From: Phoronis australis
Taxonomy: Eukaryota > Animalia > Phoronida
Assembly (NCBI GenBank): GCA_002633005.1
Contig: NMRA01000221.1
Coordinates: 250,290 to 314,289, forward strand
Length of the DNA: 64,000 nucleotides
Reading direction: 5' to 3'
A program made the position numbers and the translations under genes. Under the pieces are notes generated by a model. It was not told the DNA's origin. It searched no databases and saw only the letters and a list, made by a program, of their open reading frames with translations. Every line of letters starts with the position of its first letter. The stretch's first letter is position 1. Below, piece after piece: positions 12,481-40,400 of this stretch.

Positions 12481-12486
12481 TTTATT
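12481..12486 (-). terminator. Candidate AHCYL polyadenylation signal AATAAA
   Basis: TTTATT on + at the point where the strand skew flips from T-rich to A-rich. Confidence 0.55.
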
Positions 12487-13347
12487 TCTAATATTTCATG
12501 GTTTATAGACTATCACGTGGCAATGTTCATAACAGTGATTTCAAACATGAGCTCACAATGCTCCACCCCAGAAGAGAAGGCTTGGCCTAGTCAGAAATAA
12601 ATATACAACCACTGTGTATAACTTTATCCAATAAAGCGCTTACTCCAGCCAGTTACAAATCAGCAAATTTGAAAACAATTTTCCCTCGGTTGCTCTCTGC
12701 AAAAATAATTTATAGATCGCACAATGTTTAACTACAGTGGTATTGGAAAATGTTTTACTTAGTAGAATTGCCTCTTGCAATTTTTTGTTTCATTTCTTAG
12801 ATGGGTGAGGAGAATATTAGAACCTAATTTAGGGTGAATTGCAGTTGCAAGACACAGGACACTAGTGAACAAGTATTCAAACTGGAGACCTGCCAATTGC
12901 AGCAAGGCACTCACCAGAGAGCTGAATCTTAAGTCAGATCTTCACCTTCACTATACAGGGCTAAGTCGGACAATTATCACCATAATTTTTAGAAACAAAA
13001 TCAATGTTCAGCCACAGATTACCTTCACACAAAAAGACCCATTCCCTTACAGTTTGCCAGTCATTCAAAGATGCTGAAAATCTACACTCATTTTTTAAAG
13101 CTGCTCAAGTCCTTTAGTTCGCTCGACATGCGTGCAAATTAAGTATACGACCCACAAGACTTGTAAAGTTAATTCAGCCACAAACTTAATCAGTCCACCC
13201 TCGTGTCTTGTGAGGACACCTCAGTCCACCCTCGCAATCCTCGTGTCTTGTGAGGACACCGCTGATATGATAATAAATAATCAATCTTGTTCTTTTGCTT
13301 CGATACTCTGTTCTGCACTCCATGACACAGGTAGATACAGTACAGAA

Positions 13348-28287
<14,940 letters not shown>

Positions 28288-29505
28288 GTCACAGCTCTAA
28301 CTGCACACCACTAGAGCAGACAACAGACAACTATCACTTGGAACAACAAGACACCTGCCAGGTCTCTACAAGTCTGTCCAGGATGCCACTACCAGACACC
28401 AGGATAAATCAAAGGCTGTCCAGGAATAACAATTGTCCTTGTAGATCCTGATGTAATGTTGTCTTTCTTGGAATGGACTAATGGTCTGCTTTTCGCTTTA
28501 TCTCCTGCACACAGAACTGACTTGATACCATACATCATGTCAACAGGGGACTTCATTAAAACCCATACTGACAAATTCTCATTGAATTACAACAAGTTGA
28601 GACGCACGACGATTTGGACCTCAAGCCAACGTGCGTCAAAGATGTGGTTACCTCCCCTGCAGGCATGATTATGACGAATTTGAAACCGAGAGAAAATTAC
28701 AGACTCAAATATTCAAGCAAATCCAGAAACTTGGATATCATATGACAACCAGCTGAGACCCAGGAAAGATATCTGCCCACCAGTACAACAAGCATTGCAA
28801 CATCAAAATATGAATCAAAATTGTTGCAAATACCACTAACGATAATTCTCAACCTATTTCTCATAAAATAATAACGAAAACTGTCACTTTTCAAAGACTG
28901 ATTACAGCAAATAATGGAAAATTTGCGAAAAGTTATTTCGTGATATCTAAACAGAACAAACCTAGCTAATAAGGGATTAAACAATTTTCTTAGTCTTTAT
29001 TTTTGTGGAGACATTTGACAAAATAGAATTTCTTTTGTCAGCCATCTTGTGTACTAGGTAAGTGAAAGGATTACTGTATTACCTTGAATATTACAACTAA
29101 TGCATCAAATGTCAAGGACACAGAAGCTATTCCCTTATGAAATATCTGTCACCTCAAGACATTAGTTTCCTAGGAACAGGAACTATCTGGTTATCAGATA
29201 TTTGTGTAAGTGACTTTGCACTTGAAAGTTAATTGCCAAATGGACAGATCTAAGAATCAAGTTATGAACTACTAATTGTTTTTAAGACACTTCAAAGATA
29301 CAGCTATTCACAGACTGTGCACTGTTCATCAAAAATCTTGACATCAAAAGTGAGAATTCTGAGACTGTCACCAATGTGGGAAGCGCATTCATCATATTAT
29401 GGACTGACATATGCTAATTGAATGTTGTAGCACTCAGCAGGAAATGTAAAAGTGCCAAGGAACCCCACAGAAAACATACTGTTGAGTCAGACTGTGAAAC
29501 AACGT

Positions 29506-29995
29506 CATGAGATGAATGTCTAAATGTTCTTAATCGCACTGTAGTCTGGTCTAGTCTACAATGACACGAGATAAATGTCTAAATGTTCTTAATCGCTCTG
29601 TAGTCTGGTCTAGTCTGCAATGACATGAGATGAATGTCTAAATGTTCCTAATCACACTATTGTCTGGTATAGACTACAATGACATAAGATGAAAAACTGA
29701 ATATTCCTGACCATACTGTAGTCTAGTCTAGACTAGAATAACATAATATGAATGTCTAAATGTTCTTGATCACACTGTAGTCTGGTCTAGACTACAATGA
29801 CACGAGATGAATATCTGAATATTCCTGACCACACTGTAGTCTAGTCTAGACTACACTGTAGTCTGGTCTAGTCTGCAATGACATGAGATGAATATCTGAA
29901 TATTCCTGACCACACTGTAGTCTAGTCTAGACCACAATGACATGAGATGAATGTCTAAATGTTCCTGATCACACTGTTGTGTGGTCTAGTCTACT
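29506..29995. repeat. 59-bp minisatellite x~8 with an internal palindrome
   Basis: CATGAGATGAATGTCTAAATGTTC..CACTGTAGTCT(G/A)GTCTAG(T/A)CTACAATGA units. Confidence 0.9.
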
Positions 29996-31286
29996 GAAAT
30001 GAAGGAGTCGATTAGGCTGAATGGATACCTTGATATTCACCTTTAATGTCCTTCAGTGGGATTTAAAGCGAGTCTACCTGGCGTTTCATCAAAGAAACAA
30101 ACTACTGAGTTAAACCACCTACTGCTATAAAACTAGACTCAATTAGTTAATTACTGAGATGAGAAGTTATCTCTGAATTCGCAAAGAACTGGCAATTCAT
30201 TATTCCTAGAGACCATGCCCCGACATAAAATGACCACCAACCTGTAGTCTTGTCTCAAGCAATGACCAATTGTCAATTCTTCCCAAGACTAGAACCCCCC
30301 CCCCCCAAGAAGAATTTAAAGCCAATTTTAAAACATTGGTCGAATTAACGAGTGTTTTTTTGAGATGAATGTAGACAAGTTTGTGCTGTTTTAATATCCA
30401 CAAATGATTTAAGTAAGAAACTGCTGCACTATGTTTGTGTACTCCAGTTCCACTTGTTGAAGTCAACACATATACCAACACACACCCGAGAATTTTCTTA
30501 AAATTAAAGAAGAGAATTGAACAATCAAATGCCTTTCCCACTGCCACCGAACATTTAACTTCGGTCTTAAATCAAAATTAACAGCCAAAGTCAACTCCGA
30601 AGGAATGAGGTGGATTTAATAGCTAAGGGAATGAGAACGCTTAACTTCAAATTTATCAACAGAGGTCACTGCCTGTGTTTAACACCAGCGAGAAGTGGCT
30701 GGTTACTGTTCGTTAATGTTTTCTTCTAATATTGGTGCTATAAGAGTTCTATCTAAATTTATCCACGTATTTGCTGGATTCTTTACATTAAATAATAACT
30801 AACATGTAGTGTACGCAAAACGAGTTCCAACGCGCCATACCGCCTTTGTTTGGATCAGCTATTAGCCTGTACAAGAGTGTATGTATGTTTTTAATACATA
30901 GTCACAGTCCCAACAAGGCAACCGTTGGCTACCTTGTAGTAAAGTTGATGCTTTTAAGTTTCCATCTGGGGAGAGGAAGAGATCCTCGCATTTTTGATGA
31001 CATCACTGTCAAAAACAGTAAGGTCACATTAGAGCCACCTTGTGTTAACTTCCCTGAAAAGTTAATAAGAACACATACGCTTAACTTCACATTTCGGATT
31101 AGCCACATATAACTTTGATACTTCGATAGTAGCAAAGTTAACCGTATGGGAAAAGGCCTTTAGAACTTCGGTTTGAACAAACTTGGTCAAAGCAAAATGC
31201 TGTTAATAAGAACCCTTTACAAGTACACAAGATCTTGCTCAGGGTTGTACAATTCACTGCCCTCCTGACTACCACTTGACAGATTA

Positions 31287-31362
31287 CAGTAAAAATTCCC
31301 GAATTTTGGACAGGTTCAAAATAATTATTTTTTCGCTGTCTTAAATTCGGGAATTTTTACCG
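31287..31362. mobile_element. Tiny Tc1/mariner-type MITE
   Basis: 27-bp TIRs (3 mismatches) C(A/G)GTAAAAATTCCCGAATTT.., flanked by TA on both sides. Confidence 0.65.
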
Positions 31363-31873
31363 TAGTTAAGCACAAGCTTTCCAAAAATCCGCACTGTCCC
31401 ACTTTCCCTCACTCGACAGGTTAATAATCTGTAAACTGGACTCATTTTATAGTCCACAGGAATTCATCTATAAATACACAAAACGTACCGAGAGTGGCGT
31501 ACATGAAGTAATATCCCACGAGACATTATTCCGCGTATTGACCGAGACCGAAGGTCGAGGTCGATACGCGGTTTTAAAAGTAACGATTTATTTCTTGAAA
31601 AGAGGTAACAAAGATGAAAACAATGGCAACTGTGCAGTGAACTTGTAACATCTCCTGGATATAGTTAAAAAACAAAAATATTCGATATTGTAGTTTCCTA
31701 GGAATCAGCGCCAGAGTTGCAGACGATATAGTATTCAGCAATTGAAAACTTACGCCTAGGGCCTAGTTGCAAGTCGAGTGTTAGTTACACTGCTGCAACT
31801 GTATTACTTTAAACTATATTCGGAAAGTTTGATGATCGAACCGGCTGAAGACGTCGAGTCGACATTGACCTAC

Positions 31874-32009
31874 CTTTTGAACTTTCAATGTCAGAGGTCA
31901 CTGTTAAAGTAGTGCGGGAGGTGAATACGGAAAACTTAATTACACGGCTGCATTTCCCTCGACAGATTAAACGCATATGGGATAAAGCTACAAGAATTAC
32001 GATAAACAT
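31874..32009 (-). other. Candidate AHCYL alternative first exon (5' UTR or short coding) in a CpG-rich promoter-like patch
   Basis: Strong AAG|GTAGGT donor. ATGs at 32009 and 31976 are both in phase 1. CTCF/YY1-like motif at 32148. Confidence 0.35.
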
Positions 32010-33044
32010 GAACTATGAACACTCGAAGTGTTTCATATCAACTACTTAGGTACTAGACTAAAGTACATGTCAACTGCAAAGATAGTTGTTCTTAGATCCG
32101 CTTCGACAGTTAACGGACACTGCACTTATTGCTGTCTGCCGTAGTTACCACAAGATGGCGCTCCAAAACATTATGCAGACTCAAAATTTTTAAATATGAA
32201 GTATTGTATAATGATAAAATGATGAATATTTGTAAAAAATATTAAGCAATAGTCCACAACATGTGCTGTTATTGACATCAACACCTGCAGATTGTAGCCA
32301 CATTCTAACCCTTCATATTGCATGAAGCTCCGTTGCCTCTCATTTTAACCCTTCATATTGCATGAAGCTCCATTGTCTCTCGTGACAACCAACGTAATGG
32401 GCATATAGTCTGGAGTCATAACAACCTCTTAAACCAGGTTCACTTGGGTGTCGAGAAATATAAGCGTTACAGCCAGACAAGACAAGCTGTCTGCGCAGAG
32501 GTAACCCTCGCCAGCAGTTAGTTTATTTTCTCACTACACCTGTCTCTTTTAAGAAAAAACCAACATCAAACTATGTTCACATCTCAAATCGATGTGACAA
32601 TTAAAAAGGGTCTCTTACCCACCCATGCATGTGTCCTTTGAAGAGAACCACCTGGCTACAAAAGTGCTTACAAAAATGCCAGTGGTTTTGAGGTAACTCA
32701 TATAGATCTCCAACACAGTGCCAGCAAAAGTGACCCTTGCGACCATTCACAAGGTGTTTTTGCTGCTATTAAGTGTTAGCGAAAACGGCAGCAGGTGAAC
32801 CAGGCCGAAATGACCAAAAATTCAGTTCACTAAAACGTCATGAAAATGAAACCAAGTTGGACAATACACTTCGAAAGGAGGACTTTATTGGAAAATTAGC
32901 TGGCGCAAACTGAAGCTAAGTCATACCATGACACCACGAATTTTGCAGCTCAATGACACGCAGTAGTGACATTATTTTCACACAAATTACAAGTTTCTTA
33001 ACGATGTTGGTTTTGGGCCAAGTTAGTAATAGATAACTCAGCAC

Positions 33045-33626
33045 AATTGTTGTCAGCATTGTGTATTTACATCTATACATGTCCAACAGGTGGGGCTTGT
33101 TACTTGTGACCATTCCTTAGTGCTGTTAACACTACAAAAGTTGACACGGATCAGCTTATAGGAAACCAGTTGTTCCAGCGCAAGTTTGAGTGTAAACAGG
33201 ACCAAACTGGAGCAAATTGGCAGCGCGGTGACAACTTTTGCCACCTGTTTGTGAGGTAGAGTAATTTGCGCTTGAACATCTTGCTCCGTGTCAATTATGT
33301 GTCTAAATGCCAAACTGGGGCGAGGCGGAACTTTTCATCTCTACTGCGCTTGTGTAATGACCTAAATACAGGTTCTCTGTCTCTTCAACTCCTGTCATTT
33401 GTAAACCTACGCATGTGAGATCCACTCTCTAGCCTACAATTTCCGTCTTGCCACAGTTAGTGAGTTGTGTGTGTGTAAAGGGACGCTTGACACCGATCAA
33501 TTTGCTCCATGTCAGTTGCGCCGGGCTAAAAGTTGATGTCTAAACGGGACTCTTGAGAATGGTGAAGTGATTTTCATCGAAACGTTGAATATGTATTTAT
33601 GTAAATACACAATGCTGACAACAATT
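33045..33626. mobile_element. Fold-back / MITE-like element
   Basis: Perfect 28-bp inverted repeat (33045-33072 / 33599-33626) plus internal inverted segments. Confidence 0.6.
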
Positions 33627-36600
33627 CTATTACAAGTTTCTTGATGAGATATTAATTATTGATTATCATATATATTTGTTACTAACGTCATTTGCAGCTA
33701 CCCATGGAGGCAAGTTGCAGTTCTAAGCAACTCAGTCATCCTTTGACCGGGGGTAGGGCGAGAGGGAGGGCGTGTGATAGGGGGAGTGACGGTCTCACAC
33801 ACTGGTTCCTGCTGCATTTCAATTACTGACTACAGCCCCAAATTGATTACAATCTTCAATATGTTCATACCTTATTCCAGACCATCGATATATATCATCA
33901 AAAATTCCTTGAACTGTTACACAACTAGAGCAGATGGGCAAGCCATATGGGATCCATGTTACGCTGTTCAAGCCTCGTTTTGGCATTGTAACAATGGATA
34001 AATTTTAATACTAATAAACTGCTATGAAAAGCTCTTTAAACACAATTAAACTTTACTATTTCTTTCTCCCCAAACACGACCTCTCTTCATGGCATATAGA
34101 ATCAACTTGAATACAAAGACCCCACATTAACATGGACTATTTTGATGTTGAGGTGTACAAACCTGGTAGTTAGAACATTAATTTATGACTATGTTAAGTT
34201 GGCACAATGCCAACTGCACGGTAATTCAGAACTTATTTTGCCAAAATGGTCGTTTTTCAATGACTGATTACCTTTATGCAAAGAATGGGAATTCGTCAAC
34301 GCACTACAAACTAGGCTTGTAATAGACGAAAATGTTTTTAATCAGTACTTTTGTGGAGAAATTTAACTAAGTAGAATTTCACTTGTCCACCACATGGTGT
34401 GCTAAATAATTGAAGACTTATGGTACCACATTTATCATTCAGTCTCATTTAAATCATGCCACATGAGAAGTTCCAAATTATTCAATTCAAAGTGCTTCGA
34501 TAACACTGTCAATATCAACTCACAGAAGAAGTAACACAGATAATCTTTACAAAAAAATCTCACGGAATGAATGCAATCAGATTATAAATGCTACAAAAGG
34601 CCACTAATCCCCCCAAGCTAGCTCAGGAGAGAACGAGGCCAATACAAGGTGCTCGTCAACAATCTGATATTTATGTTGGAACAGAACTACCTGCACATTC
34701 AAGGCTTGGTCGTAGGATGGTCGTCAAAACATGTAGACCCAACTTTTTACTGATGACTTGTTATCACACCATAGGATAATTTGTTGTGCAAAGCCAAAAC
34801 CATTGAAGCAAAGGTCAACAGCTTGGCTTGTATTAGACATGAAAGTGAATTTTAGTGGTGTTTTAAAAAAGCATTATGTTTAGGAGACTTAGTAAGGCAC
34901 ACGCACGCGCACGCACAGTGTGCAGCACCAGTTCGTCAACATATGGCGGTCAGGACAGAGTACAAAATAAACCACTGCCTTTCTTAGAAAGATGCAAGAT
35001 GAGTATGAAAAAAAGAGTTTAAAACATGCAAAGCTAGCATTTATTGTTAATGAGTCTCAGCAGAAGGCATGCTGGGAATATTTAGCCAGGTCAAAGACAT
35101 TCTAATGAAAATCAGGTGAACAAGACATCTTCACATATGTGCGGAATAAACCAATGATAACGCACCTCCTGTTCATGCCAGATATTGTGGAAGATTACCC
35201 TTACATTTCTTCTCAATAATTAAACAAGTTGATAGGAGACTATCCGAATTCATTGCTCAAAAGAAAGTACATTTTATTGTTTCTTCAGACACAACTATGA
35301 AACACAATTGGCTCCTGAAGTGTCACTAATAAATACCTTGTAGTAACCCATCCAAATAAGTAGGTAACTACGGTAACCTGGATTGAAAAGGACAGGTCAC
35401 AGTTCCACAGGCCACTTCAAGCACTGAATATTTCCATCACAACTCTACAGTTCTTAGTGCACATGTGAAAACATGAATGCTGGGATTAAGCAAAGAACGA
35501 CAAAACCAATTTCTTTCAGAAAATCTCCAACAGCTGCTCCATTATAAAAATGAAAGAAAATCTCCAGACTAAAGACTCTTACTTGCCCAGTAGGCACATT
35601 CTGATACCACTGTATTAGAAATATTCAACAGCAACTAACATAATAGACCATTCCTGCAGTAATTCCTCACTATTTCGTATAAAAAATAATTCGAAAATTG
35701 TTGATTTTTTCAAAGGTTGATTACTTCACAGCAAATAACGAGCGCAAGTTGTTTTAGGACATCTACACAACACAAATTAAGTTTATCAAAAAGTAAAATG
35801 AAATGAAAGTGCTCCGAAGAGCGTCACTAGGTGAAAGCAATTAAAAATTTGAAGGCGAAAATGACAACAAAACCAAGATCGTAAACAACCAAGACCCTGA
35901 TGCATATTACACTAACGTATTAGCGTTTATCCAAGATTTTGAAAATAGGGTGTCCAAAATGGGGTTCCCAAGATTCCAGGGCGTCCATGATTCCGACGCG
36001 TAACCCCCCCACCCCCAGCAATACGCCCAAACACACTTTTTTTACAAAAAATGAATAGATCAAGGTTTTTACAACTAAGTTTATAAAACAGCCTTCTATG
36101 GTGAGCATTTTTACTAAAAAACTGTGTAGACCAAGACTTTTACAATGCTGTCAATCAAGTGTCAAAATAGCAACATTGTATATACTTTGTATATACATTG
36201 TATATTTCTTCCTGCTTTGAAAAAAGAGCCCCCACTGTGAGCCTTCAGAGGCTTTCTAGTATTCATTACAATGTGTGAGTCCAAACTTGAAAGGTTCCTA
36301 TTGACAGTGGGTGTCCAAATGATACATTGGGCCTCCAAATGATACATTGGGCATCCTTGCCAGGGCGTCCAGATTAGTGCTAGAGTGTCCATTTGGACGC
36401 CCAGGACATACGCTGCATAAAGGCTTAGGTATTAGATAACCTGTACTGAGATCTATTTAAGTACCAAATTTAAGAAACTTCAAAGGATCGCGGAGCTAGA
36501 GCTCTGTAAGCATAATTCGAAAAATGGCCGTCACAGCGCCACCTTGAGTCAGATTTCGACCACGGACAATAGTCCGTGGAATATTGACTAGGTTAAGTGT

Positions 36601-37242
36601 AAGTCGATCAGACGAAAACTGCGATCTGCAGCACAAATATAACCTAACTGAGCAGTCACCTGAGCAGTAAATCGAATATCATGAGAACAGCAAGTCGTAG
36701 CAAGACATGTGTTTCACTACGCAGATAGCGCTTAAAAAATGAAAGATCTATCCACCGACCAAATTTCAGACAAATATGTCGCAGGATGCCGAAGCTACGT
36801 CGCAAAATCTTGAATAACTCGAAAACAGTAAGACCTCGAGAAAAACAAGTGTGACATTTCCAATAATCCTTGGAATGATATATCCACAGGTAAAAACCAG
36901 AAAAATCGAGCCATTCACAAAACACAAATTTTGTGCAAATTTGATATTGATCCGACCAGAGCTAACATCTGTAGCGTGCGAACAAAGCGAACACAGAAAA
37001 CAAACAAAAAATTTTGACAAAGCAACATACTTTAAAAATATCATTTCACCAAGTAAAAAACTAATACATTTTTTTCATATTTAATTTGACCAATTCAGCA
37101 GAATAAATTTTCACTTCACTGCCAAGAATTGCCATAGACTACTTTTCTGTTATTTGAGAGACACTTGACAGTTTTTATGTTAGTTTATACATTAGAATCA
37201 AAACTGAAATATTTCTAACATTAGTTTCAATATAAACAAGGC

Positions 37243-37422
37243 AATTGACCTATCGCCAAGATTTTGAGTGACGGCTTAACTGACCATTTAGAACGCAGCA
37301 TTACTGACACAGCTTCATTTCCAAGCCGCCATTTTACTCGACAAACAACACGATGACGGAGAAAACTTATTGTTTGTTAGTCGACTTTACGCAAAGGGGG
37401 CGGAGCTTGCGATAGGTCAATT
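37243..37422. mobile_element. Small MITE
   Basis: Perfect 14-bp TIR AATTGACCTATCGC / GCGATAGGTCAATT. A second palindromic element abuts it at ~37428-37513. Confidence 0.55.
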
Positions 37423-40400
37423 ATCACATAAAGGGGTCCTGGGCTTCTGAGAACCAGTTAGATGCTGGTCGTTCACAGGCAGGAACTGGTTCTCAAAATC
37501 AGGGACCCTTTAAGCACGTATTATCTTAAACAGTAACAGATATGTTTGTCTTTTTCTATATATTTTCTAAAAATTAATCGAATATTACTGTAATTACTGT
37601 AAATGCACTATAGTAATGCATTTTCTTGATATTGCTATGCCAGAAATCCATTTCACGGCGGAATGTTTTAAAGCCCTACTTACAAACTACTCACAGTTTG
37701 CTAGTCTAGTAAATGCCAAGAATAATGCTCTTCAGGTAAACTTAATACCATAGATATCAATCAGTTAGATTTTAAGAAACCAGGTCCTCCTTTTTCATGT
37801 AAGTGACTTGTGAAGCGCTTTGGAAATAAAACTATAATACTTCAACTGTAATCAGAGTTGAATAATCACTGTGACATCAAAGTGAAATGGATTGGCAAGC
37901 AATCGTTAGTTTATGCTGGTTCTTACGGGCTTTAGAGTTGTTTTTCAAGATCCCTGAACTATTACGTCATTGCAATCTCCTGTACCACACCAGCTCATTG
38001 TTTTTGCATGAAATGGAAAGGTGGACTCTAGTAAATGTCTCTTGGCCTCTCATGCATGTCTGATGAACTACTGCTAGGATACTTCAAAGTATCTGGATTT
38101 TTTGATATATAACACATTGCCATATTGGCTGACAGTGTAAAACACATTTGCTGGCTAATCAGCCAACACAGGTCTGTGGAGTACGAGGTTCGATATTTTC
38201 ACAAAATGAAAAGGCCGAGTTGCACAAAATGTTCAAGTTTTATCTGTCTTAGCATAATTCAGACATAGGTAAAAGCAGACATTGTTCAGGGGTCATGAAA
38301 CCTGACCAAACACATAAGCTAAATTCTGCCGTGAAGCCTTTCACTCTTGTAACTGTAAGTCTCAAAAGTTCCCCTAGCATGATATGTTCCAAACGTGCCG
38401 TCACCATGATAGGGACTGTTTTCTATAGCTCACAACATACAAACCCTAATAAGTCAAGAAATGCGTCAGAAACTAGTCCATTTTATTGCAGTTAAGTCAA
38501 CTCTCAGAAATTCAAACATGGCGTAGAGAGACATCCAATCAAAAGATTCCAGTCTTATGTTATTTTTCACGAAACATCCCAGAAACGACAAGAGCGATTA
38601 TTGACCTACTTACACATAGCAAGAGATGTGTGCACAAGTACTATGGGATAGCTTTCATCATAAGACACGCCTGCCCGCGGACAGGAATATGATCTGTCAG
38701 TGGATAACTTGGTTTTGCTAATATTTTCAATCAGCTAGGTGTATAATTTACCTTACTAAAGAGTGAAGAGGCAGAATCTACCCACAATCAACTGCTACGT
38801 TACGAGCGGACAATTGGCAGCCTGAAACATTCTGTAGTCTGGATAAGGACTCCTGTCAAGTTCGTGCTGTAGGATGCACACGCATCTATTTTCGCTATTC
38901 CTAAACTGATTTTGAAACCTGCGCTCCCCAACTAAAAAAAGAATGTCAGCATCAATTTCAGCAAAATGTGTTCCTGCACAAAGGCACGTAAACGACATTA
39001 ACTCCAACACATGAGTAAAAAATATCCCACATCATTATTGCGTGACTTCTAAGGTAGGTTTTCCCTTTTTGATCAAGTGGGCAACTAAGAAACATGGCAC
39101 TGCCAATTCAATTTTCGCCTTTTGGCCTGACATTCAGCAGCAGGACCTAGCTGTTGCTTGCTATGAAAAGGCCAACAAACCGAAACAGTTAAAATGGATA
39201 TTTCTCACTTGACACAGTTCATTGCTTTTGTGAATAAGAGACCAGTTGGTAATGGGATAATTGTACACAACCATTCATCACCACAGTTCTTGTCTCACAG
39301 ATTAGTTCATAACGACCCTTAATGGGACATAACGAGCCCTCCTAATCTGAAATATCACCTACTAACTAAGGGCAAACAAGCTGGCTCAGATTAGTTGCAC
39401 CACCTACAATAGTCCATGGACACAATATATTCCAATTCAATTAGAGAGAAAAAAAGTGCTGGCCAAGATATAATGAACGTGACCTGTGCAGTACTCTTTA
39501 AAAACTCGTCACGTTTTTTCAGGAGCTAGTGTAAATATTTATCCTTGCTTTGCTGCTGACGATAAACCCTAGAATAAATGCGCTCACACAACAAGGTACA
39601 CGCTGTAACAGCGCCCCTTCAAAACCTGCTTGTGCTCCGTCTACATCAGTCTTAACGTGCGCCCACAATGCAGTATTCAGGCCCAATTAATTTCCATGGC
39701 ATTTTGCCCACAATTTCATTAACCTGGCGACACTTTCCTGTTTTAAACACCATTAGTGGCAACAGCTGACAATGAAGTAAAAAAAATCTGACACTTGATC
39801 GTGAAGGAGTGAGGGAAGAGACTTGGCTATAAAATTATTACTATGTTAACCAGTGTACAAAACATTGGGACTGGGTCAAGGCTTATGCTTTTGGTGTCGT
39901 CAAAATAGCGACGAAAAAACAATATGCAACATTTTGTTTATTTGATTTCACGTAATTAAAAATACAACAAAATATGCAACAGCTTTGCAACAGTAACATT
40001 GCCCGAATACTTTGACGAGAACATCCAGGCACCATCGAAACGATTAATATGCACATACATGCACCTTACATAAATAAATCCTGGTTTGCTCTACACTTTT
40101 CGGGGAAAGGGAGGTCGGAAAAGGTGAACGCTTTGTTCTCGTGAGAAAAGCGATAATTGGGAACACATCATCGTTCACGAGTGAACAAGATGACGTTCAT
40201 TTTCAGCACATATATGAATGGTTCTTTTGAAAACGTCAACATGAGACAAAATTACCTCAGGGCAACCAAGCCCTTAAACCAAGACATTTTCAACCTTTAC
40301 CTGAATATTAACCTTTGCCAGACATACATTCCATATAGAAAATGTACACAAAAACGTTGAATAAATACCTGAGACAGCGTGACATCATACCCAGTTATCT

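Noticed and set aside
29437-29460. miR-96/183-family-like sequence (CTTGGCACTTTTACATTTCC on -), sought because the cluster neighbours NRF1 in vertebrates
   Set aside because: Only the seed matches and no complementary arm is present. No convincing miR-183/96/182 hairpin was seen by eye anywhere in the window.
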